From Utricularia gibba (taxonomy: Eukaryota; Plantae; Magnoliophyta): DNA of 64,000 bases. Positions 54,691-64,000 of the stretch are shown here, in pieces. The notes beneath the pieces were generated by a model, which was not told where the DNA came from, made no database searches, and was given only the letters and a program-made list of their open reading frames with translations. Numbering within the stretch: the stretch's first letter is position 1; every line of letters begins with the position of its first letter. The stretch covers positions 1,426,001 through 1,490,000 of the forward strand of contig NEEC01000007.1 of NCBI GenBank assembly GCA_002189035.1, given 5' to 3'. Position numbers and translations under genes: made by a program.

Positions 54691-56672
54691 ATGCAGCACA
54701 GAAAGCATATTAAAGATCCTCCAGAGTCCGCCGATACTGCGCCTCCCAACACTCCTCCTGTTTCCACTCCATTTCGGAAGCGGAAATTCTTCTTCTTTCT
54801 CTCTACCATGTCGGCCTTTCTTTCTACCCTTCTCCTATTCTTCTTCATCGCTGCTTGCGTTTCCGGTAAGCACAAGGCCGCCGTGAACACCAACCCAGTG
54901 TCAGGTTACCCCATTATTCGCGAGGTCTGCAGGGCTTCTCGCGACCCATCTACCTGTGAAACCTCCTTTTCGTCTCGCCCCCCCGAAAATGCTTCCGTTA
55001 TAGGAGCCATTGATTCTGCATTGCGCCTTTCCTCTCAGAATCGCGATGTGGGTCGGGAAATGGTTCAGAACATCCTCGATTCCTCGGCTGCGAAATTCAA
55101 CCTCTCTAACGCTGCTAAAACGTGTCTTGAATTGTTGGGTTACTCGAAGTACAGGACGGATATGGCGGGCGGCGCCTTGTCGCGGGGCGCAATCAAGGAT
55201 GCTCGTGCATGGATGAGCGCATCCTTGGTCTACCATTATGATTGCTGGTCGGGGCTTAGGTACGTGAACGATACCTCTGACATTGTGCTCAAGACGATGT
55301 ATTTCTTCAACACCTCGTTAATAGTATCCAGCGCAAATGCGCTGGCGATGATTGCGAACTACGATGTTTCTGGGGAGAAAACTGATCTTTGGACTCCGCC
55401 GAAGACGGAGCGCGATGGGTTCTGGGAGCCAGCGCAGGAATCCACGGGCTTCGTTTTTTCTGGAGGATTTCCGGTAGATCTGAAGCCGGATGTGACTGTG
55501 TGCAAGACTGGATGCAACTATGCGACCGTACAGGAGGCGGTGAACGCCGCACCGGAGAATCCTACTGCTCGTAATCGGTTCGTGATATGGATTAAAACCG
55601 GTGTTTACGAGGAGATGGTCCGGGTTCCGTTTGAGAAAAAGAATGTCGTGTTCTTGGGAGATGGCATGGGCAAGACCCTGATTACCGGATCTGCGAATGT
55701 AGCCTATCAAGGCGTTACCACGTACAACACCGCCACCGTTGGTAAGCTTGAATTATCAGTCTATTTTCTGATTATCTGGTTTCTCCTTTTCACGGCTTGG
55801 AAGCCACAAAATCCACCTTGGCTGTTGATGATACATCAAAATGGATTTTTAATACTGATGTTTTTCTACTAGGGACATGATATATGTGAATCTGCTCTTG
55901 TGTTCAGCGCTCCTTTTGAGCTATACAGCAACTATCTTTTTTCCTTGAGGTATTGACATGAGATCTTGTTCATTTTGTGGGTGAAGGTGTTATGGGTGAT
56001 GGATTCATGGCTTCTGGCATTACATTTCAGAACAAAGCAGGGCCTGAGGCACACCAAGCTGTAGCATTCCGGTCTGATAGCGATCTATCAGTGATTGACA
56101 ACTGCGAATTCCTGGGCAACCAAGACACCCTCTACGCCCACAGCTTACGCCAGTACTACAAATCATGCCGAATCCAAGGAAATGTGGATTTCATATTCGG
56201 CAACTCAGCCGTGTTTTTCCAAGACTGCCTCATCCTGATCGCAACTCGCCAAGTATACCCAGAGAAGGGCGAGAAGAATGCTGTTACCGCCCATGGCAGA
56301 ATCGACCCTGCTCAATCAACTGGTTTCGTGTTCCACAATTGCGTGATCAATGGCACAGATGAGTATATGTCTCTTTACAGAAGCAAGCCTAGCGTGCACA
56401 AAACATTCTTGGGGCGGCCATGGAAAGAGTACTCGAGAACGGTGTTCATCAGGTGCACATTGGAGGAACTCATCATGCCTGACGGATGGCTACCCTGGAA
56501 CGGTGATTTCGCTCTGCGAACACTCTACTATGGCGAATTCGAGAACATGGGACCTGGTTCTGATACATCACAGAGAGTGAAATGGAGCAGCAGCATCCCA
56601 GCCGAGCATGTTCACTACTACTCCGTTCAGAATTTCATACAGGGAGATCAGTGGATTCCCACGTCATCTTAG
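54691..56672 (+). CDS. Pectin methylesterase with PMEI pro-domain (PME51/PME64-like), 2 exons
   Basis: PMEI cysteines ([29 protein letters not shown]), [48 protein letters not shown]. Start may be ATG 54691 or 54808. Confidence 0.92.
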
Positions 56673-56824
56673 TCATCGCTGCCGAGGATCAGCTTCTCAT
56701 TCAGCTTATGTTGGCAGTTTGTTAAGATCAAATGAAATACCAAGTAGCGGATGTGGTTCTGCTTTGTTTCACTTCATCCTGAAATAGAGTTTTAAAAAAG
56801 TGAATATTTTGTTTCGATTCGGCG

Positions 56825-58498
56825 ATGTTCTCTCTTACCAATTTCTCTTCTTTCAAGTTTCTGAGACCACCAAGATGCTGCAAATGTCAGCTCGAAACGG
56901 AAAGGGGTCTGTCGTTTGAAGTTGGCGACACTTTCTTCCGCCGAGAGAGCACCACAGGCCGCGACCTCGGGGTGCTGTCTGCGGCTGTTTACAAGAAATC
57001 CAACAATGCACTCCGGGTGCTCGACGCAATGTGCGGGTGTGGAATTCGCTCTTTGCGGTATCTGGTGGAGGCTGAGGCCGACTTTGTGGTGGCCAATGAT
57101 GCAAACCCGGACATCCGAGGTGCGATTCTGAGAAATTTGGAGATGGCCGATAAAGAAGGGAAGACATGGGCAGTCAAACATTTGGATGCTAACCGGATTT
57201 TGATGGAGAGCGGTTTGGAGGGCAGTTTTTTTAACATGATTGATATCGATTCTTTCGGGAGCGAGTCTAGCTATTTGAGGTCTGCTATGTATGCTGTGAA
57301 ATTGGATGGGCTTTTGTATATCACTTCCACTGATGGATTCTCTTCCGGCGGTCACCAGCCTCAGCAGTTAGTGATTTTTTTATAAAAAAAGATTGCTGCT
57401 TTTCTGTGCTTCTGTCTCTTTTTTTCGTGAATTCTCTGGTTGGAAAACTTAAAAGACCTCCTTTTTGGATGGTAGAACATTGGCTGCATATGGAGCATAC
57501 GTTAAGCATATGCCTTACTCAAATGAAGTTGGATTGCGGATGCTTATAGGCGGAGCACTACGGGAGGCGGCTGTGCTTGGTTTTCATGTGGTTCCCCTTT
57601 TCTCATATTACTCATACCATGGCCCTGTTTTTCGAGCAATGCTCCGAGTGAAGCGGGGCAAGTCTCCCAGCGAGAGGTATTGTGCATTTGCTGGTCCTTG
57701 AATCTTTATCACCCTCATTTCTGCTTGAAAACCAACCATGCATTGGTTATTGTAGGCATTACGGTTTCATCACCTATTGTACTCGTTGTGGAAATTCTCG
57801 TGCATTTTCATGGGAAGAACTCGGTGAAATGAGATGCCCTTGCAGTAATGTATGTTTTAGGATGATCTCCTTCTATTCTTCTAGCTTGCAATGAAATGTG
57901 ATCTGAAGTATGCTGATTCCCTTTTCTCCTCCTCAGGGGCGAAGCTCACTTGTTGTTTCAGGGCCTCTTTGGACCGGACCACTTCATGATTCATCATTCT
58001 TGTCTGAAATGCTTGATTTAGCTCATGAATGGGGTTGGATAGGGGAGAATGGAACCGGAAAACAGTTGGAGATGCTTCTGAAACTTATGATGGGCGAATG
58101 CGACCCTGTTTTGCCATTTGGATACCTCAAAATAGATAAGGTACTTGAGAAACATCTTTTGGAAATGCTGGACCTCAAGTGGGATGATTAGACAAGGCGA
58201 GTCACGTTCTAACCTTATGACTGCTCATTGTCCTCCCCAGATGGCAAGCCGGGCGAAGGTCAACTCCCCGTCTATTAACGTGTTGTTGCAAGCTTTACAC
58301 AAGGTAGGATCAATCGATCGATCGATCCGTCCGGTGCTTGTTAATTCTGTCAACATCCTCCATTTTTTAATGCAGGAAGGATACGCGGCTTGCAGATCAC
58401 ACATTGACTCGAATGCAATCAAGACAAATTGTTCGATGGTCGACTGTGTGAGGCTGATGAAGGAACTCAAACAGAGTTCACTCACTCAGGTGCCATGA
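56825..58498 (+). CDS. TRM1: tRNA (guanine26-N2)-dimethyltransferase, TRM1 family, probably organellar (6 exons)
   Basis: GRDLGVL, LDAMCGCGIRSLRY, VVANDAN, IDIDSFGS, GLLYITSTDG, NEVGLRMLIG, GPLWTGPLHD, SHIDSNAIKTN. Confidence 0.9.
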
Positions 58499-58984
58499 CA
58501 ACAACTGTTGGTTTTTTTCTGAACAAAATGCAAGCAAGCTAGCTAGCTATTAGGCACTAACAATGGACTTACTGTTTATAGTGAAGGAGTACCACATATC
58601 TGTGTTCATTTCAATTTGTGGTGCTCGGAAAGCAAAGCCCCTGCCCCATCCACAGAAAAGGTATCATGGTAACACTTCTTATCAGAGATAAGTGGAACTG
58701 CTCTTTTATCTTACAACTGATAGGGAGCCAAACTCAAACTCAGGCACCATTTTTGTTTTTTTTGTCAAGCTCAAACTCAGAGCGTTGATTCATTCTTTCC
58801 TCTTTCACCATGATTCAATATACATACATACACAGACTCTTGGTGGCTTCAGCCTCAGCCAGGTATTCAAATTATGTGAAAAGTAAACCCAGATCCTGAT
58901 TATCATACATCACTCACTCTCTAGTTACCTTAAGGCCTCTCCTCTTGATAAATTAAACTCCGAGTCGAGGCCTGCATGGATGAA

Positions 58985-59820
58985 TCAGAATTGGCCTCCT
59001 TCAAAGGTCTGGCCGAATTGCCAGCCCGCGGGCGCAACGTTGTAGCTGGTGAGGGTGCGGCCATCGCTGGTGGTCACCTGGAAGGACAGAGCCTGGCCGT
59101 TGATATACGAGTTGCTCTGCCAATTTTGGCCCCAGTTCCTTGACATGGGCTGCCACCCGAATTGGAACCCTTGATGGATACTGAATGGACGTCCCCTGCG
59201 CCGGCCACATTGGTGACCAGTACCAGGTTGAAGTAGGAGTGGCCGTTGATTGTGAATCTTATCCCTCCCTTCTTCACGCACGGCACCCTTCTGAAAGAAA
59301 CAGGGACGATTCCGGCGCGGTACTGGGCGATCTGCAGGTACGCCGGTTCGGCGAGATCGAAATGCTGACGGGGAGGATTGCACCAGCCACCGTTGTCGTT
59401 GGGGAGGGATGGATTGGGGGGCAGAAATTGGTGGCGGTTACGGTGATGGTCCCCGGGATGCACCACCGTGGCTCGCCGGCGCAGGTGAGCTCGTAGCAGG
59501 CGCCGCAAGTGAGGCCATTGTTGAACAGAGCAGTACTCAGAGCCGCGGTGTTGGTGCCGTAGCCCTGGCTGTACAGGTTGCCGTAGCCACACGCTCCGCC
59601 TGTTTCCGCCATTACAGACAATCAGTGAACTATGTAGAAGACAACAGTGGAGTCAATGAATGAAAAAAGGCTCCTTCGACTCACCCATTGTGCCGGATGC
59701 ATCTCCCCCGCCGTAGAAGGTAGCATGAGCGCTGTCCCAGTTGCCATATTCACCAAATGCACCCAAAAAGGAGAAGCCCCAGATGAGAAGAACCATCAAA
59801 GAATCTACAGAAGAAGCCAT
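58985..59820 (-). CDS. EXPA8: Alpha-expansin, EXPA8/EXPA2-like, with a single intron
   Basis: Signal peptide, [15 protein letters not shown]|[19 protein letters not shown], uninterrupted [28 protein letters not shown]. 1-nt losses at ~59421 and ~59157. Confidence 0.9.
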
Positions 59821-60275
59821 TGAGCAAATCCGGATCTGTGTCGTTGGCTCTGTGCTGTGATAAGCTGGCTGTGCAAAACTGTGAAGGGGAGAAAGGGTTA
59901 TTTATAATGAGAAAAAAGAGATACGATAGTTATTCGAAAAGGACGAGATACCAAGCAGCTGAATTAAGTTCGACAGCCACCAAACGAGCTACGGCCAACA
60001 AGCACATGCCTTTGCCTTGAAACAAGAACCATCAATTGCCCAATCTCTTTGACCCTACATCCACATGCAATTCTGCTCTTCTCTTCATTCACTCATTCTT
60101 CTACTCGCCCCTTGATTTCTGTACCTCCCCTACGCTCACTTCAACGCTTAATTTAGACCACTGCACCCATACCCATTGCGAGGATTTGTGCGCACTCAAC
60201 TTTGAGATCCACCACAAGTGTGTGTGAGTTAAGAATTTAAATATACAATGAATATGAATCAGATTAGATTTAATC

Positions 60276-60430
60276 GATTATTAATGATTTATAATTTTTT
60301 ATAAATTACATGATAAAATATTAAATTCAATCGAGTATTAATAATTTTATAATTTTTTATGAATTGTATGAGAAAATAATAAATTTAATTGATTATTAAT
60401 AATTTATAATTTCTTATATATTTGATGATT
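60276..60430. repeat. AT-rich tandem repeat, ~57-58-bp unit, ~2.7 copies; related partial copy at ~61237-61278
   Basis: Units start at 60276, 60333 and 60391 with ga[t/g]tattaat[g/a]attt..ataattt. Confidence 0.65.
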
Positions 60431-62423
60431 TTAATTTTATGATGTGAAATTATTTGTTTTAATACTGATAAAAACTCATCCAAACGCCTCCAAACATAAC
60501 TAAATCAAAACATACAAAACCCCGTTTCATAACCAAGATGAATCCGTGCTTCTTTAACATTTAGAATTCGGTGCAAAATGTTGAAAAACGTTGTCGGCCG
60601 GGATGCGTATGGGCAAGTGGCAGTGGGGTGGATGCGATTAGGACAGTTTTGTAATAGTTTAAGAGAGACAAAGGGGTGGATCATGCCTTAAGCTGCCTGC
60701 TGCAACTACTACAAAATAATGCTATCAAGAAGTTTAGTTGATAATGGCCGGGGTTTACAATTAATTGGATGGTGGTTTAGCTTTAGGCGAGAGAGGAATT
60801 CCTTGCAGTCGGTTAGGTGCATGCCCTACCATGTTACTAGCACATGGACAAGTCGTGTACATTTCACCATCATGTCACCCTACCCTAATTATTTCAATCA
60901 CGTCTCCCTCAACTTATACCCTCCTATCTCAATGCTCTCCTTCGTCGGGTGTCTAATATTCGTAACCGAACATAATTTATTTGCTGCCTTTTCACCCCCC
61001 ATAAAGTTTTTGTTTTTTTTGTTTGCTTTAATATTAAATATTTTAAGAAATTGAAACTCATATTCGCAATCTTAGAACTAGAACTCAACGTGCACTCGAT
61101 AGATTTGTTTGTGGCTCTAAATTAAAAACCGTATTTGTTTGATGGATAATGTTCTCCACCAAACACTTATATAACCCCTCTAATCAAGTTTTCAAAACTC
61201 TTAATCAAATGATAACCAAACATACGTTTTATGTACTTAATCGATTATTAATAATCTTTAATTTCTTATATACTTGATTTTTCATTATTTTCATTTATTT
61301 ATCCAACACAGATTTTGTATACCAAGAAGTAGGTGGAGGTTATGGGATATGTGGAGGAAAACAATAATCGGAGAGTTGTGGAGCAGAGAAAGATCTGCAT
61401 GGGGAGAGGGAATGCTGACCACACGATCGCCGGTCATGTGCATGTGATGTGGGATCTTTCTGTTCTGTGGCATCGGAGCGGACCGGAGAGGAGATATCAG
61501 AGGGGTCGGATTTTCGGGCAAGGGGAAGACAACACGAGTGTCCCTTTCAACATTGCATGCCGAGGCGATTAGAATGGGCGGCAAACTATTTTGTTTTTTT
61601 TTTTTGTTTTTTAAAAAATAACACGATTAAAATTTAATTAAATGTTTGGTTTTTATTTTTTTTAAATTTAGTTTTAAAAATTGACATTGTTTTTATCTCA
61701 ATTAAAATCCGATGCTGGTGGGGCCCACGGATTCATATCGCTTGCTGCATGTGATGTTCATCCATTTTGGGACAAACACACAGTCTCGCCCGTGGGAGGC
61801 ATCCGTCTCTTCACCGACAGCCCCTCAGTTCTTACCGTGTGGGTCCCGCTCCTCAAACCGTGAGGAGAACCGGACACTAGGGGTGTAATAAACTATTCTA
61901 TCAAACATCTTTTAACTGAATGTGATGTTCATCATATGGCGCATATGAATTTCCTATGTTTTTTTTTGACATATTAGAGTTTCAAAAGAAAAAAAATTGA
62001 ATTTTATAGTATTATTTACGTATTTTATTTCATTTTTTTTGGGGGGAAGTATAAAAACCTACGTGGTATTGATGTTTTCAACTTGGGTTTCTGGTGCGAG
62101 GGACTGCTTCCGCGCGCGCTCCTTCTCTGCAAATTCAAATGGTCTTTGACTTGCTTTCTTAATCTCAGTTACCTGTTTTCGAGTCATTGGTGGAAGTTTT
62201 GTGAATTGAGGTGGACGTTGTTCGGGAGGGGATTAGGTAACTCTCAAAATCTCGGATCTTCGACATTTCCTTCTAGCGTACATGCATTGCGAAGAAAAGG
62301 TTGGAACTTTCGAATTGTTTCAGATTTTGTGCTTTGCAGGATTGAATTTTATGTTTTTTAATTGATGGGTTTCTGGTTTTTAATCCGAAGCTTGTTGCCG
62401 GTAAAAAAAGAAGATTGTGGGAG

Positions 62424-64000
62424 ATGATCGAAGAAACGTGCCCGGTTTCTGGTAGAATATTACAGAATGGAGACCTTGAATCGGCTTTTCACTCTGAAGG
62501 TATGTCCGTGGGCCTTTTCTTGTTCTGAATGTTACGGGTACGAAGATCAGGATGCTTCATTAGTGCACGTTGTTTCATTGTTTCCTAGAAGGGACGGGTG
62601 AAAATGGCAGGCTTCGACATAACATCAATTGCTCTTCAAGAGTCCTGGACGTAAATGCTGCAGTTGGTGCTAATTGCGCAAGTAACATTGGGGAAAAAAG
62701 AAGTTTCGAGCTACATGCAAACGCTGATGATATGTCTAGTTGTGTGAATGAACCCTTTCACCCATCTGAATGGTCTGAAGGCCATTCGATTTCCCAGGAT
62801 GATTCAGAGCATTCAAGTTTTGTTATTCCTCCGAAAGAAAAGGATTCATGGAAGTATGGAAAAGTTTACAGAAAAACAATTTCATGTACAGTCATTGTAG
62901 TTCCTTGACTGAACCGAAGGCATGTGGGAGAAATAAGTCAGATAGTGATTCGGTGAAGAAGAGGATACGCCTTCCCAAAAAGCAAGGGGCTGATACAGTC
63001 GCAAGGCTTTCTGCTCCAAGTGGTTTGCTTAATGGGCTGAATCCTGGAATTCTCAGCCATGTAAGAAACAGTAAACAGGTTCGGTCAATCATTGAAAATA
63101 TTTTGAAGTCAGAAAGCTGTGATGATCAATTATCTGGATGTACAAGGAACAATGAAACCAACAACAGTGTACAAGAGCTCACGGGAAGAAACGAAATGGA
63201 AAATAAAGGTCGTTTTACATATATATACGTGTGTTTGTTTCAGTGGTTGAGATCTTCTAGAAGATTAGGCTGAAGATGACCATGTTTTGTTTCCTTTGTT
63301 AGGCTGTTCAAGTTCTCAGTCTTCCAAAGATGGAGAAGCTTGGGAAGGTAACACAGAAGAAGGGGATGGTAAATTGGCGTCCAGGCTCACATCATCTGTG
63401 GCTGTTGCATCTGAGAATGGACGATGCATTCCTAATGATGAATTGGCTTTTGTTGATTGTGTTTCTTCACTTTCTACAGAGGGTAGCTCAGATCTTTTTT
63501 TTTTTAATTATTAACCATCACATTTAGTTTTCTATCATTCACTAAGGAATACGTTCTGTGAAAGGTATTTAACATTCTGAAACCTGCACATAATTTCAGC
63601 TGCAAATGTAGCTGTACAATGGTTGGAGCTTCTGAGTCATGATATAAGAGGACGTCTTGCTGGTAAGTCCTATTTCCATTGATCATGCATTTGAAGCTTT
63701 GGATGAATTCTTAACAGTAATTGATCTACTATTGCAGCACTAAAACAGAGCAAGAAAAGAGTTACTGTGGCTAGGCACTCTGAATTACCCCTCCTAGTGC
63801 ATAGTGAATTTTCATCAAACTTGCCAAGAGATGTCAAAAATGATATTTCCTGTGTTGATCAAACCATTGCTGATGCGCACCTTGCCAAGTGGAGCAATAT
63901 CTTCTTGCAAATGGAAAACGCACTTGATGAAGAAGAAAAGATTCTGGTGAGAATTCCATCTTCTGTGGCTACTTCGTCAGCGCTTCTGAAACAAGAGATT
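62424..64000 (+). CDS. Conserved plant protein of unknown function (UCP030365-like), 5' part; continues beyond the right edge
   Basis: ATG 62424 exon ending TCTGAAG|GTATG. Later motifs GLLNGLNPGILSHVRNSKQVRSIIE, AANVAVQWLELLSHDIRGRLA|ALKQSKKRV and HLAKWSNIFLQMENALDEEEKIL. Confidence 0.65.

Overview
Nuclear genomic DNA of a eudicot plant with an unusually compact layout: about 25 protein-coding genes in 64 kb (roughly one per 2.6 kb), many introns of 70-110 nt, and several intergenic gaps under 400 bp. This resembles miniature genomes such as Lentibulariaceae, but the taxon is an inference. Genes in order: JMJ16-like demethylase (5' part), tropinone-reductase-like SDR, RING-DUF1117 E3 ligase, PCS1-like aspartic protease, telomere-repeat-binding protein, intronless CYP81, EXPA4-like expansin, C2 protein, COA1-domain protein, RlmN, cytosolic TPI, GH17-X8 glucanase, two-RRM protein, DREB2, BPP-like microtubule protein, conserved unknown, CHX, ERD15-like PAM2 protein, small PGTP-motif protein, alpha-galactosidase 3, NPL4, PMEI-PME, TRM1, EXPA8-like expansin, and a conserved unknown (5' part). 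At least a dozen apparent frameshifts are single-base losses, almost all in G/C runs, which points to uncorrected long-read errors rather than pseudogenes. I found no clear new multi-gene system. The best leads are RNA-processing oddities: a U12-type AT-AG intron carrying a second copy of its 5' splice site, a duplicated first exon inside alpha-galactosidase intron 1, an intronless CYP81, and an ORF-less promoter-driven unit running antisense toward EXPA4. All translations and splice sites were read by eye, and homologue names come from memory, not searches.
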